A stretch of DNA of 64,000 nucleotides, taken from contig CP055307.1 of assembly GCA_013374835.1 (NCBI GenBank), positions 813,304-877,303 on the forward strand, written 5' to 3'. The notes below the pieces were generated by a model. The model did not search any database. It saw only the letters and a list, made by a program, of their open reading frames with translations, and was not told the origin of the DNA. This document shows positions 1-10,273 of the stretch, one piece after another. The stretch is from Candidatus Woesebacteria bacterium (GTDB lineage Bacteria > Patescibacteriota > Microgenomatia > UBA8517). The translations under genes were made by a program, and so were the position numbers. How positions within the stretch are numbered: the stretch's first letter is position 1; every line of letters starts with the position of its first letter.

Positions 1-177
1 AGTTATTTTATTGACATGTACCCCTTATTATTGACTCAGGGAAAAACAGATACAATAAAAAAGAATATAAACCACCCTAAAGATTACACAAAGTATTTTC
101 AAACAAAAAGACTTGGTATTATAATTCGTCTCTATCAAAAGGATTACAATTTAGATTAGAGTAAAATTTTAGAAAGA

Positions 178-894
178 ATGGGATTATCAAAAACATTTCA
201 TGAAACTATCGGTGTTGGTATTGCAAAAGCAAGAGAAGCTGCTGCAAAAAGAAGATTAAAGGAATTAGAGCCAGGAGAACACTTAGTAGAACCAATGCCT
301 GTATATATAAGTCAATTTGCAAATGCAGATAGAAATCTAATTGAAGGGTTTTATAGACGAATTAAGGATAAAGTTGCAGCAGAAAGATTCGGAGCCGAAG
401 ATCTAAACCAATTTAGCTATTGGGCGTGGAGATCTTGTGGCATCGCTTGTATCCAGGCAGTACTTCAGACAGTCTATGAATACCGTGGTGATAAATTTGA
501 ACTAACTACAATGGATTTGATTCGAGAGGGGTTAGAGTTGGGTAGATATGATATTGAAAAAGATGTCGGTTGGTATCACAAAGCCTTAGTCGATCTTTCC
601 CGTAAACACGGATTGGAGAGTTGTATGCAAAAATTTATTCCCGCGCCCGAGATAGCTTTAATTATATCAAATAATAATTATGTCATTTCTTCAGTAAAAA
701 GTAATAGCGGTGGTCATTTGTTGCTTTTATATGGTTTTAAATTAAAGAGAAAAGACGAACTTGTGGGTTTTTGGTATCACGATCCTAATAATTTTAAAAC
801 CGATGGCATGAACAGATTTATATCCAAAGAAGAATTCAACAAATTGTCGACACGCAGAATTATAAGGATATCTTTAAAGAATCAATTGGTTTAA
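178..894 (+). CDS. Peptidase C39-like (papain-fold) cysteine protease
   Basis: SCGIAC catalytic Cys motif, GGHLLLLYG His motif and WYHDP Asp motif in C39-like order. Confidence 0.65.
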   Translation: MGLSKTFHETIGVGIAKAREAAAKRRLKELEPGEHLVEPMPVYISQFANADRNLIEGFYRRIKDKVAAERFGAEDLNQFSYWAWRSCGIACIQAVLQTVYEYRGDKFELTTMDLIREGLELGRYDIEKDVGWYHKALVDLSRKHGLESCMQKFIPAPEIALIISNNNYVISSVKSNSGGHLLLLYGFKLKRKDELVGFWYHDPNNFKTDGMNRFISKEEFNKLSTRRIIRISLKNQLV

Positions 895-2864
895 AGCTTG
901 GTTTTATTTAGAGAGAGAGCATTGAGAACGACTATTATTGAGCTAGCGCTCATGAAAAGAGCCCCCCATTCGGGTCTTAGTAATATCTCCCACGGGTAGA
1001 AAACTCCCGCTGCAGCTGGAATTGCAAGAACATTATAACCTGCTGCCCAGAAAAGATTTTGCTTTATCTTTGTGTTTACTATTCTTGCAAGCTTAATAGC
1101 TTTTACAACATCCATGATGTTACTTTTTACAAGAATTATTTCTGCCGACTCTATGGCCACTTGAGTTCCTGCTCCTATTGCAATTCCCACATGAGCTTGA
1201 GTTAGGCTTGGTGCGTCGTTTACTCCATCCCCTACCATAGCGACCACGTTATTCTTTTTCTGCTTCTGAAGTGCCTTAATTTTTTCAACTTTTTCGTCGG
1301 GCAAAACCTCTGAATAAACCGTATCTATTGAAAGCTCTTTTGCCACTTTTTCGGCAACTTCCTTTTTATCGCCAGTAAGCATTGCTACTTTTATCCCCAT
1401 TTCGTGAAGCATTCTAACGGCTCTTTTTGACTCCGGACGTATACTATCCTCAAGAGAAATTTCGCCAATGAACTTTTTGTCTCTAGCTACTAGGACTTCA
1501 GTTTGAGAGAGTTTTTCTTCAAGTTTAGGAATTTTTATGCCGTATTTTGCCATCATTTTCTTGTTTCCCATCAATACTCTTGATCCACTCACAATTCCTT
1601 CTGCGCCTTTGCCGGGGATGGATTTGAAAGATTTAACAGGATTTATTCTAAGACCCCTTTTTTTTGCTTCTTTTACTATTGCCTTAGCTATTGCGTGCTG
1701 AGAGTGGGATTCTAGAGAAGCTGCAAGTGCAAGTGTAGTGTTGTTGGCTACTTTTGATACTTGGAATTCGCCTTGAGTCAGAGTTCCTGTTTTATCGAAA
1801 ACAATGTAATCTATTTTTTTTAAAGCTTCAAGGCCTTTCATGTCTCTTACTAATATTCCGTTCTTCGCTGCAATAGCGGACGAAATTGTTGTAACAGTGG
1901 GAATGGCAAGACCTAATGCGTGCGGGCAGGCTATTACTATCACAGCAATTGCGAGCGTAACTGCAAATACCGCGCTTTGTCCTGACACCGCGTACCAAAA
2001 AATAAATGTGCCAACGGCTATTGTTATTGCGGTGAAGGTTAAATATCTTGCTGCTTTATCTGCAAGAGCTTGAACAGCAGGTTTTGAATTCTGAGCAACA
2101 CTTACTAAATCCATTATTTGAGAAAGGGCTGACTCTTTACCTGTTTTGGTTATTTTAACCGTCAGGCTCCCATTTTGGTTGATGGTGCCACCAATTACAC
2201 TACTCCCCTTTCTTTTTTCAACAGGCACAGATTCACCTGTAAGCATTGATTCGTTTACCAAAGATTCTCCGCTTATGACCACTCCGTCTGCCGGTATGCT
2301 TTCGCCCGGCTTAACTAAGACAAGGTCGCCTTTTGAAAGAGACGAAGTATCTATATCAATAATTTCTTTGCCCATAATTTTGTGCGCCTTGGAAGGAATG
2401 AGCTTTGCAAGCTCTTTTAAGGCTCCACCTGTTTTGGATACTGCTCTCATTTCCATCCAATGTCCGAGCAGAAATGCCGAAACCAATGTTGATATCTCCC
2501 ACCAGAGTGACTCTGCCGGAAAAAGAAAAGTGCTTGAAGCCGAAAATAAATATCCCGAAATAACAGCCAAACTGACAAGAGTCATCATTCCGAAGTTTTT
2601 TGTTTTAATTTCTTCTTTTGCCGCTTCAAAAAAGGGCGTGCCGCCATAAAGCGATACCGCCGTACCAAGAAGAAAAAGCGCTAAATTTTTATATGGAAAG
2701 TTTATTGCAAAATTAAACCACTCGCCTATTTTTGGCGAAAGAAAGAGTATGGTAACGGTAAGAGGAAGAGTTATTAAAAAGCGCCTTCGGAAACCTTCTG
2801 CCATCGATCGATGGTGATCTCCATGATTTACGTGCGTATGGCTATGGTCTTTCATGCTTGGCAT
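891..2864 (-). CDS. copB: Copper-translocating P1B-type ATPase (CopB-like)
   Basis: His-rich N-terminus, TGES, CPHAL intramembrane motif, DKTGTLT phosphorylation site, [18 protein letters not shown] in last TMs. Confidence 0.9.
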   Translation of the reverse strand: MPSMKDHSHTHVNHGDHHRSMAEGFRRRFLITLPLTVTILFLSPKIGEWFNFAINFPYKNLALFLLGTAVSLYGGTPFFEAAKEEIKTKNFGMMTLVSLAVISGYLFSASSTFLFPAESLWWEISTLVSAFLLGHWMEMRAVSKTGGALKELAKLIPSKAHKIMGKEIIDIDTSSLSKGDLVLVKPGESIPADGVVISGESLVNESMLTGESVPVEKRKGSSVIGGTINQNGSLTVKITKTGKESALSQIMDLVSVAQNSKPAVQALADKAARYLTFTAITIAVGTFIFWYAVSGQSAVFAVTLAIAVIVIACPHALGLAIPTVTTISSAIAAKNGILVRDMKGLEALKKIDYIVFDKTGTLTQGEFQVSKVANNTTLALAASLESHSQHAIAKAIVKEAKKRGLRINPVKSFKSIPGKGAEGIVSGSRVLMGNKKMMAKYGIKIPKLEEKLSQTEVLVARDKKFIGEISLEDSIRPESKRAVRMLHEMGIKVAMLTGDKKEVAEKVAKELSIDTVYSEVLPDEKVEKIKALQKQKKNNVVAMVGDGVNDAPSLTQAHVGIAIGAGTQVAIESAEIILVKSNIMDVVKAIKLARIVNTKIKQNLFWAAGYNVLAIPAAAGVFYPWEILLRPEWGALFMSASSIIVVLNALSLNKTKL

Positions 2865-4048
2865 GCACCTCTCCCTTGGTTACTTTGATAGGGTAAATCC
2901 CCTACTTCTTTGTATATTCTCGCAGCTCCTTGCGCCGATGAGTAATCATTCCCCAGAGCGGTTTTTGCATCTACCGTATCCCATTTTATACCCTGCCTTT
3001 CGAAAAAAGTTGCCAAATATAAATATGTGTCAGGAAACCACATTGAATTCAGAGATAGAATGTATTTGTAAATTTCTCCCTCGCTTTTCCCTTCTGATAC
3101 AAGGAGTTCTATCACTGCAAGCGCCGCCATGCCGTGATTGCAATCCGGGAAGGCTGTGTGATTGCCACAGCATGGTCTATAAATATTTGAGGCTATTTCA
3201 TAGACTCTTTGCTGCTCGTCTTGGGTAAAATTTATCAAGTTAAGCTTGCCTAGATAATTTGTTGCATTTCCTTTGGATAGCGTCCAGCCTCCGGTTGATG
3301 CGAAGTTGCCTTTGGTGTCTTTGTAGGTAGTTCCCATAGGGCCTACTTCATATACTAAGCTTCTCTGAGCAAGTCCCAATGCCCAAAGGGTATTGAGAAT
3401 AAAGCGACTATTTTGATTATCAATCTTAATCAAGCTGTCTGAGCCTTTTGTCAGTATAAGCCTTTGTTCGTCAGTAAGGCTCATGAGTTCTCCATATTTT
3501 TGGTAATCTATCACGCCTGTTTCGACCAACTTCTTGGCTGTATTTTTCCAACCAACCGGAAGTGTTACCCCGTCTTGCGGAGCTATTTTATTTACTAACT
3601 TTGACAGGTCAAGCGTTTGGTATCCCGCTTTTTTCCATCCTTCCATACCACCTGATAAGTAGCTTACGTTTTTGTAACCTAAGCCCTTTAGTGTCTGAGC
3701 GGCTTTTTTACTCATGGATCCGGTTTTGCAATAAAGAATAATTCTAGCTTCTTTATCTTTAGGAAGCTTTTCCTTACTTGCAATTAAAAAATCATATTCT
3801 ATAAATAAATCTGTCTTTTCGATTTCACCCTCATAAGGAGTGTGGACGTTTATAAAAATAAAATCTTTGTTTTGGAGATTATCGCTAAGCTCTCGTATTG
3901 AAATATCTGAGACTCGATTTTTGTCTTTGTTAATCAAAACTCCCGATCGCGTTGCTAATAGCATAATACCCGGAAATACGGTGCCTAAAAGGATAATCTT
4001 TCGAAAACTAAACTTATGAAGTTTTTTTGTAAATTTATTAGATAACAT
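2852..4048 (-). CDS. Membrane-anchored rhodanese-domain protein fused to a Cys/His-rich domain of unknown function
   Basis: Rhodanese signature (LYCKTGSMS...LSGGMEGW); C-terminal RPCCGNH..DCNHG and terminal GACQA. Confidence 0.7.
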   Translation of the reverse strand: MLSNKFTKKLHKFSFRKIILLGTVFPGIMLLATRSGVLINKDKNRVSDISIRELSDNLQNKDFIFINVHTPYEGEIEKTDLFIEYDFLIASKEKLPKDKEARIILYCKTGSMSKKAAQTLKGLGYKNVSYLSGGMEGWKKAGYQTLDLSKLVNKIAPQDGVTLPVGWKNTAKKLVETGVIDYQKYGELMSLTDEQRLILTKGSDSLIKIDNQNSRFILNTLWALGLAQRSLVYEVGPMGTTYKDTKGNFASTGGWTLSKGNATNYLGKLNLINFTQDEQQRVYEIASNIYRPCCGNHTAFPDCNHGMAALAVIELLVSEGKSEGEIYKYILSLNSMWFPDTYLYLATFFERQGIKWDTVDAKTALGNDYSSAQGAARIYKEVGDLPYQSNQGRGACQA

Positions 4049-4571
4049 AATTTATTAGATAAAAAACAACAAAACTTAATAAAAGCATCGCACCAAGACT
4101 AAAAATTATCGGCTGATACGGGAAAAGAACCTTTCCTTTTGATTTTTTAATCGCTTGGTTTATAAGATCCGTAGAATAAAAGATGGCTCCGCCAAAAACA
4201 ACACCGAATACCAGCTTTGGGAGATTTAAGATTAAGCCGTTGTGTTCATTTACCAGTCCGAACTTATAAAAAGAGAGAACGGTGAGTATAAAAGTCGCAA
4301 GATATATTACAAACGATTGCATAGGGATAAAGCGTTTCTTTAGTGTATTTGCAAACCAGAGGCTCATTGCCCCAAGAAATGCCGCAAACCATATGCCCGT
4401 TATGGAGTCGTCTATTCCCAATATTCTTGAGAAAGAAAGGCCGGCTCCGGCACCGGCTACGCAGAGAGGACAATGGGCATGTGCCAAAGGCGGATTTAAA
4501 AGTGAAAGGTTAAAAATAAAAAAAAGCTGAAAAAAAAGAACAAAAATATACTTGAGCATTGAATTTTTCAT
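4038..4571 (-). CDS. Uncharacterised membrane protein with HCPLC motif
   Basis: Signal-like N-terminus ending AHA, then HCPLC and about 4 hydrophobic helices; overlaps downstream gene. Confidence 0.7.
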   Translation of the reverse strand: MKNSMLKYIFVLFFQLFFIFNLSLLNPPLAHAHCPLCVAGAGAGLSFSRILGIDDSITGIWFAAFLGAMSLWFANTLKKRFIPMQSFVIYLATFILTVLSFYKFGLVNEHNGLILNLPKLVFGVVFGGAIFYSTDLINQAIKKSKGKVLFPYQPIIFSLGAMLLLSFVVFYLINYVI

Positions 4572-4577
4572 TTATTC

Positions 4578-5072
4578 TCAATTTACTACTGTGCCCTCAA
4601 ACTTTAATTCCTTTATGCCTTCAGGATCTGAAAAGAAAAGCCAAACAATTCTTTCAAAATATCCCATGCCCTCAGATCCATGCGCCGCCGGGTCGAATTC
4701 TACTTTAACCGTCGCCACTTCATCGGCTGGAATATCTATATTGATTGGAGGATTTTTGTCAGTCGCGTGCTCCATTCCGAATAATTTTGACTCCTTACCA
4801 TTTATCGAAATAGAAGCATTAGTGCACATGCATGAAGTTGCTATTTTTTTTAGCTTTATAGATTTTCCCGATTTGTTTATTACCTTGTATTCTTTTTTTA
4901 CAAGTCCACCGTTTATTGGGACATTGCCTAAATCATAAGACGCGGGGTCTACGCTAACTGCGCCCACTTCGCCCAAAACTTTATTTTTGCCATCATTAAA
5001 TGTAGAAATACCTACGATTGAAAGAAATGAAATAATAATAAGAAATAAAAATGTTTTAATGTCTTTTCCCAT
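4578..5072 (-). CDS. DUF1573-like Ig-fold exported protein
   Basis: N-terminal TM; YDLGNV...N.S.K.I.L..I.TSCMCT pattern. Confidence 0.7.
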   Translation of the reverse strand: MGKDIKTFLFLIIISFLSIVGISTFNDGKNKVLGEVGAVSVDPASYDLGNVPINGGLVKKEYKVINKSGKSIKLKKIATSCMCTNASISINGKESKLFGMEHATDKNPPINIDIPADEVATVKVEFDPAAHGSEGMGYFERIVWLFFSDPEGIKELKFEGTVVN

Positions 5073-5343
5073 TTTTTTCCGACTTTCTAAAAACGGATAC
5101 TATTTCTTCAATTAATTTCTTCTTTTTTGCAGGAGGCGAGCTGATTTTATCCAATACGCATGTCTCAAGGTGTCCTCTTAAAATTATTTCATCTACTTTT
5201 TTAAGTGCTGCCTGGACTGCTTGAGATTGATGGATGATATCGGGACAGTACGCCTCTTCTTCAACCATGCGAATTACTTTTTTTAGGTGTCCGTCAATTA
5301 TCAAAAGCCTTTTAGATGTTTGTTTTTTGATTTTATTATTCAT
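5056..5343 (-). CDS. csoR: CsoR/RcnR-family metal-sensing repressor
   Basis: RL..I.GH...V.RM.E...C.DI..Q..AV..AL......L..HL..C; start moved to 5343 (ORF track start lies in the operator). Confidence 0.85.
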   Translation of the reverse strand: MNNKIKKQTSKRLLIIDGHLKKVIRMVEEEAYCPDIIHQSQAVQAALKKVDEIILRGHLETCVLDKISSPPAKKKKLIEEIVSVFRKSEKNGKRH

Positions 5344-5350
5344 CTTATTC

Positions 5351-5404
5351 CCTACCCCCCCCAAAGGGATATTAAATATTAAAAATAAATCTTTAGTTTG
5401 TCAA
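5351..5404 (-). promoter_or_regulatory. Sigma-70 promoter plus CsoR-type G-tract operator
   Basis: Minus strand TTGACA (5404-5399), 17 bp, TAATAT, then ATCCCTTTGGGGGGGGTAGGG just before the csoR ATG. Confidence 0.65.
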
Positions 5405-5410
5405 TGCTGA

Positions 5411-5836
5411 TTATTCAACTACCAGCGTTCCTTCCATTCCAAGCTGTCTGTGATTGCCTATATCGCAGTAGAATGTGTAAATTCCAGGCTCCGCTTCGAA
5501 ACTAAATTCCATACCACTTTTAAGGTTTTCTTTAACTCCCAGCTCGTCTATCACAAAAGTGTGAATACCGCTGTTTTCCGCTACTTTGATAGTAATTTTC
5601 GGACCTTTTACCGTAATCTCGTTTGGTTCAAAGAAATAATTGCCTGATCTTATTTCAACCATTTCTATTTCAGCTTGATCGCTTTCCGCAGACTCTTTAT
5701 CAACATTTTCCCCTACCTCTTGATTGCTAGTAGTCATAAAAACATTTTGATTTCCTTTACCTTTAAAAACATAAATTCCTACTAATAGCAGCACTATTAC
5801 ACCAAGTGCTACTATAATGCCAGTATTTTTAATCAT
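5411..5836 (-). CDS. Membrane-anchored cupredoxin (plastocyanin/azurin-like)
   Basis: N-terminal TM; HTF and YTFYCDIGNHRQLGMEG type-1 Cu ligands (H,C,H,M). Confidence 0.85.
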   Translation of the reverse strand: MIKNTGIIVALGVIVLLLVGIYVFKGKGNQNVFMTTSNQEVGENVDKESAESDQAEIEMVEIRSGNYFFEPNEITVKGPKITIKVAENSGIHTFVIDELGVKENLKSGMEFSFEAEPGIYTFYCDIGNHRQLGMEGTLVVE

Positions 5837-5852
5837 CAGCTATCACCCCCTT

Positions 5853-6335
5853 TTAATCTAGATATTTATCCGGGTTTTTTTTGAACATATCTAAACAAGT
5901 TTTTTTACAAAAGTAGAATTGACGTTTTTTATACTTATAAGAAAACGGTGCTGTTTTGGGACACAATCTTGTTTTACAGACAGGATCGTGCGCCAAAGGG
6001 ACAAGATCACTCATTTTTTTATTTAAGATTTTTTCGAAATCTGTATTTTTGTATTTTTTGATCAAAAACTCACGTATAAGGCTTGTTGATTTAATAAAAT
6101 TAGGATCTGAAATTTTATAGAAAACATTTTTGCCTTTTTTATTTGTTTCAACAACGCCCGCGTCGCGAAGGATGCCAAGATGCTGACTTAGATTGGCTTG
6201 TGGAATATCGAGCATTTCTTCGATTTCTGCAACACATAGTTTTTTGCTTCCAAGAAGGCTTATTATTTCCAATCTTTTAGGGTGGCTTATGGCTTTAAGA
6301 AGATCAGCGTGGAGTTTGAATACTTGATGATACAT
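5853..6335 (-). CDS. ArsR/SmtB-family repressor fused to a YHS/TRASH domain
   Basis: KAISHPKRLEI..LCV.EI...QANLSQHL HTH; C-terminal DPVC...YKKRQFYFC...C...F..NP.KY. Confidence 0.85.
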   Translation of the reverse strand: MYHQVFKLHADLLKAISHPKRLEIISLLGSKKLCVAEIEEMLDIPQANLSQHLGILRDAGVVETNKKGKNVFYKISDPNFIKSTSLIREFLIKKYKNTDFEKILNKKMSDLVPLAHDPVCKTRLCPKTAPFSYKYKKRQFYFCKKTCLDMFKKNPDKYLD

Positions 6336-6377
6336 ATTCGATATTTCGAATATATTACTTTCTAAGTTTTAAGTCAA
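6334..6377 (-). promoter_or_regulatory. arsR promoter with palindromic operator
   Basis: TTGACT (6377-6372), 17 bp, TATATT (6354-6349); perfect inverted repeat ATATTCGA-tatt-TCGAATAT at 6334-6353. Confidence 0.75.
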
Positions 6378-7086
6378 TAAGCGCTTCTGAATTTTTTAAA
6401 ACAAAAGCCGAGAGAGTTCCGTATATACCAGTTAACATTAAAACGCCGAAAATTATTAATAATATACCGGATATTTTTTTTATATTTGGCCCGTATTTAT
6501 TTAGTATTTTTAACTTGGGGTAAAAAAAATCAAACGACAATCCGATTAATAAAAAGGGTAAAGAAAGACCCAGCGAAAATAAAAAAAGAAGAATTAGCGC
6601 AGAAGAAAAGGCTTGGGAAAAACTTATCCAAAGAAGTATTGTTGCCAAGACAGGTCCCACACACGGGGTCCATGAAAAAGCAAAAAACGCGCCAAGAATA
6701 AACCCTCCTGCTAAAGAGAATTTTGTCGGCCTCCGGTTTATAGAATAAGTTTTGTAGAATAAATCTATCTTTATAAATTCACCTAATAAAAGCCCCAGAA
6801 ATATAATTAGTACTGCCGAAACTAATCTAATGAATTCGCTATACATCGCTACGGATCTGGCTAGCGAATTTATTGTTGCTCCCATTATAAAAAATACCGA
6901 AATAAAACCCAGAGTAAAAAGTACTGCGTTTTTTAAAAATATTATTTTTGATTTTTTGTTTCCAATACCCGACGCTGAAAGATAGCTAACATAAATGGGG
7001 GCTATGGGGACTAAACAACCCGCAAAAAAAGTTAAAAAACCGGCAATAAATGAGGTCAAAAAATTAACGATCGAAATCGGAGGCAT
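6355..7086 (-). CDS. ccdA: CcdA/DsbD-family transmembrane thiol-reductant transporter
   Basis: AGFLTFFAGCLVP and FAFSWTPCVGPVL Cys motifs, about 6 TMs. Confidence 0.85.
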   Translation of the reverse strand: MPPISIVNFLTSFIAGFLTFFAGCLVPIAPIYVSYLSASGIGNKKSKIIFLKNAVLFTLGFISVFFIMGATINSLARSVAMYSEFIRLVSAVLIIFLGLLLGEFIKIDLFYKTYSINRRPTKFSLAGGFILGAFFAFSWTPCVGPVLATILLWISFSQAFSSALILLFLFSLGLSLPFLLIGLSFDFFYPKLKILNKYGPNIKKISGILLIIFGVLMLTGIYGTLSAFVLKNSEALIDLKLRK

Positions 7087-7091
7087 TAAAT

Positions 7092-7829
7092 TTAATTAAG
7101 CATTGCGTCAACCGCGCTTTTTAGCTGATCAAGCGGTATAGCTCCGGGAATTAGTTTTGTTTCTCCTGTTTCAGTATTTAGGAGTATATTTCCAGGCGTG
7201 CCGGTAACACCAGCACGGACACCCGAGTCGTAGTCAGCACTTACCAGATCTGCCGTTTCGCCCGAATCAAGACATGTTTGGAATCCTGCTTGATTTAATC
7301 CAATTTCTACAGCAAAATCAGGAAGAAGTGCTAGATCCAGACCATTATTCGCCGGGGTTACTTCGAATATTTTATCTATATATTGCCAAAAAGCTTCTTC
7401 TCCACCAAGCTTTCCTGCGCATTCTGCCGCCTCTGCCTCTTTAGGCGCTTTTGAATGTAGCTGCTCCAAAGGAAAATGCCTATAAACCCACATAACTTGA
7501 CCATTATACTCCTCCATTAACCTTTGTACAGTTTCATGAAAGTTCTTACAAAAAGGACACTCAAGATCCGAGTATTCTATAAGCGCTAACTTAGCACCTC
7601 TATCGCCTCTTACCCAATCTTTATCTGTGACTGGATCGACATCTTTTGCTATAGGCTCGACGGGAGCTGTTGGATTATTTTTTAGCGCATTCGAAGCTTC
7701 ATTTTTGGAAAGCACTTGCCCCTTTTCCATCATTTTTACTTTTGTCCAGAGGCTACCGATTATAAACGACCCAACAACAAGAGCGATAACCAGTAAGTAA
7801 ATGAAGGCATTGTTTTTGTTAATATTCAT
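7092..7829 (-). CDS. DsbA/thioredoxin-family membrane-anchored oxidoreductase
   Basis: EYSDLECPFCK, RHFPL, GVTGTPG; start moved to 7829 by promoter/operator position. Confidence 0.85.
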   Translation of the reverse strand: MNINKNNAFIYLLVIALVVGSFIIGSLWTKVKMMEKGQVLSKNEASNALKNNPTAPVEPIAKDVDPVTDKDWVRGDRGAKLALIEYSDLECPFCKNFHETVQRLMEEYNGQVMWVYRHFPLEQLHSKAPKEAEAAECAGKLGGEEAFWQYIDKIFEVTPANNGLDLALLPDFAVEIGLNQAGFQTCLDSGETADLVSADYDSGVRAGVTGTPGNILLNTETGETKLIPGAIPLDQLKSAVDAMLN

Positions 7830-7871
7830 ATTCAATATTTCGAATATATAAACTCTTTTAACCCATGTCAA
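7828..7871 (-). promoter_or_regulatory. dsbA promoter with second copy of the ArsR-type operator
   Basis: TTGACA (7871-7866), 17 bp, TATATT (7848-7843); 7828-7847 matches 6334-6353 at 19 of 20 positions. Confidence 0.75.
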
Positions 7872-7878
7872 CTACCAA

Positions 7879-8610
7879 TTACTCAATATGCGCAAGGACA
7901 TACATAAGAGAAATGCCGAGAATAAAAATGGCGAAATAGATAAGAGATTTTTTGAGACTTGTTTCATTTCTTATTTCTGGCATTAAGTCTGATGAAGCAA
8001 TATATATAAATCCTCCTGCTGCAAAGGGTGTCAGAAATTCTATAAATATATATCTATAAGAGGAGATATAGTAGCCCATCAAACCACCTAAAACAACCAT
8101 AAGAGCGACACAAAAATTGAGGATAAGAGCCTTGGATTTTCCCCACCCTGCATAGAGAAGTACACCGAAATCACCGATTTCTTGAGGTATTTCATGTAGC
8201 GCGACTGCTACGACCGTAACCCAGCCGAGTCTTACATCAACCAAAAAACTTGAAGAGATAATAAGCCCGTCGATAAAATTATGAACAGAATCTCCTATCA
8301 AATTCATTATACCCATCGCATGGCGATCGCATTGTCCTTTATGGCAGTGGCGCCAATGAAAAATTTTCTCAACCAGAAAAAAAACGATAAATGAAAACAA
8401 AACTAATAAAAATGCCTTTTCTGCTTCGAAATTTTCAAGAGATGCTGGAAGAAGATGAAGAAATGCGCCACCCATAAGAGATCCTGCTGATAAAGATATC
8501 ATATAGAATATAGCTCGCTCAAGCGTTTTTGTGGCAATTCCAAGAGTGAAAATCCCAATCAAAGCCCCGGACGATATTAGAAATGTGGAAAAAACTATAT
8601 ATAAAATCAC
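7879..8610 (-). CDS. ZIP-family zinc/metal transporter
   Basis: HLLP, His-rich loop HWRHCH, HNFIDG and HEIPQEIGDFG motifs. Confidence 0.9.
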   Translation of the reverse strand: MILYIVFSTFLISSGALIGIFTLGIATKTLERAIFYMISLSAGSLMGGAFLHLLPASLENFEAEKAFLLVLFSFIVFFLVEKIFHWRHCHKGQCDRHAMGIMNLIGDSVHNFIDGLIISSSFLVDVRLGWVTVVAVALHEIPQEIGDFGVLLYAGWGKSKALILNFCVALMVVLGGLMGYYISSYRYIFIEFLTPFAAGGFIYIASSDLMPEIRNETSLKKSLIYFAIFILGISLMYVLAHIE

Positions 8611-8811
8611 TTACAAGCATTCTAGCACAATTTTTAATTGCTGTAAGTTTAAATTATTGTATCACCTTTTCTTATGACCTTCCGATTAACACATTGACTA
8701 CCCCGCCTCTGTTCTGTAGGATTTAATAACCTTTTTAAGAGTAATTAAGTCGTTTCTCATAAGCATGATGGTGGATTATGCAGTATGGAGTTACCTTTGT
8801 TAAAATTAATT

Positions 8812-9093
8812 ATGGATGAAACAAAAAAGCTTCTGGTTTTGAAAAAAGATGGATCAAGTGAAGTTTTTAACCCCGATAAAATTGCTAAAGTTGCACATGC
8901 GGCTGGATTAAGCGAAGATGAAGCCCTTGATATCTCCGAAAAGATAACCAATAAATTGATGAAAGAAAACGCAAATAAAATAACAAGCCTCAGAATTAGA
9001 AACATGGTGGCTTTCGAGCTTAAAAAAAGAGATAAATACGCCCATGACCTTTATATTTGGTACGAAAAGACAAAAGACAAAAATGGCCGCTAA
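8812..9093 (+). CDS. Stand-alone ATP-cone domain protein
   Basis: VLKKDGSSEVFNPDKI...A..AAG...I.S..IR..V...L; ATG 8812 follows TGT-TAAAAT. Confidence 0.7.
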   Translation: MDETKKLLVLKKDGSSEVFNPDKIAKVAHAAGLSEDEALDISEKITNKLMKENANKITSLRIRNMVAFELKKRDKYAHDLYIWYEKTKDKNGR

Positions 9094-9400
9094 ATACAAG
9101 GAATACTTCCAGTTGATGCTTAAAAACCACAAAGAAGACTTTGAAAAATTTCGTGATATTCATGACAGATACTCTTTAAACCAGCACGAGCTCCAAAAAG
9201 AGTTTAACGAAGTGGGATCAAAAATTGTTCGTATCGTAAGAAACTGGGAAGACAAGCTTTGTAATAGATCCGAAGGGAGCGGATATGGAAAGTTTAGCAG
9301 CGCTTTATCCGAAAAATTCAATGAGGAGGTAAGGCGCGAGTTTCCGATGTTTGATTCAATAGGCTTGGCTATTTTTGAGATTAAAAAAATTAATCTTTAA
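9083..9400 (+). CDS. Hypothetical protein
   Basis: Open frame overlapping the ATP-cone gene end; start moved to ATG 9083. Confidence 0.6.
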   Translation: MAAKYKEYFQLMLKNHKEDFEKFRDIHDRYSLNQHELQKEFNEVGSKIVRIVRNWEDKLCNRSEGSGYGKFSSALSEKFNEEVRREFPMFDSIGLAIFEIKKINL

Positions 9401-9848
9401 GGGATGATTCGTATTTTCTTAGCGCTTCGAGCTGTTCTTTTTCCAAGTGGATTTCAGGTCGTGCCTTTTTTACTCTTTCTACCGCTCTTTTAACGCTACT
9501 GCCTTTTGAAATAAGATAAGCCGATACTAAAGTAGGAGATCTGCCATGGCCGTAAAGACAGTGAACAAAAACTTTGATATTGCTTTTGACTAACGAGTCT
9601 AAAAATGCCACACCCGCTGATAGCTGACTTTGGCTTGGAGCTTTTCTGTCCGGTACTTTAAGCCAAAGAAAGTGTAAAAGATCGGGAACGCCCATCCGAC
9701 GCTTGTCGTCAAGATCAATTTCTGCTTCTACTCCAAGCTTTTTGAGAAAATCATTATAGCTGTGCTCCTCACAGCAGAGGTTTGAACCTAAAAAAATTTG
9801 GTCTGTGATTTGACTAAAATCGTATTCTTGTTTGTGATCTTGAGGCAT
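9390..9848 (-). CDS. Dual-specificity protein phosphatase
   Basis: VFVHCLYGHGRS (CX5R) loop, upstream general-acid D (VPDRKAP), KARP. Confidence 0.85.
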   Translation of the reverse strand: MPQDHKQEYDFSQITDQIFLGSNLCCEEHSYNDFLKKLGVEAEIDLDDKRRMGVPDLLHFLWLKVPDRKAPSQSQLSAGVAFLDSLVKSNIKVFVHCLYGHGRSPTLVSAYLISKGSSVKRAVERVKKARPEIHLEKEQLEALRKYESSLKD

Positions 9849-9850
9849 AA

Positions 9851-10270
9851 TTAAAACTTTATTTCCCAATCAAGACTCGGGATTCTTAAGGTTTCTTCGC
9901 GGAAGTTGACAATATCGAGTTCTTTTTCCATTTTTTGTATACGCTCTTTTATCTTTAGAATTTCTTCGTCTTTAGAGTATGGTGATAGGTTTTTGATCTC
10001 GGGCTGAATTGGCACCGTAGGAAGCGGAGATGGAGTTTGCTCTAGGTTATTGCTTTTAATCATTCTGAAAGCAAAGGCTGCTATAAATACTATAAAAATT
10101 AGAAGTACCAAAAAAGCTGCAAGTTTTATCAATTTATTTTTAAAATCTAAATTTGTAATTTCTTGTAAAATTAAATTAATTTTTTGTTTAATAGAATTTT
10201 TTTTATCCACCTTGCTCACGTCGATAGGAGTATCTATCTCATTATTTATTTCACTATTATTGTTATCCAT
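9851..10270 (-). CDS. Hypothetical single-TM protein
   Basis: One TM followed by Pro-rich linker and coiled segment. Confidence 0.6.
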   Translation of the reverse strand: MDNNNSEINNEIDTPIDVSKVDKKNSIKQKINLILQEITNLDFKNKLIKLAAFLVLLIFIVFIAAFAFRMIKSNNLEQTPSPLPTVPIQPEIKNLSPYSKDEEILKIKERIQKMEKELDIVNFREETLRIPSLDWEIKF

Positions 10271-10273
10271 AAT

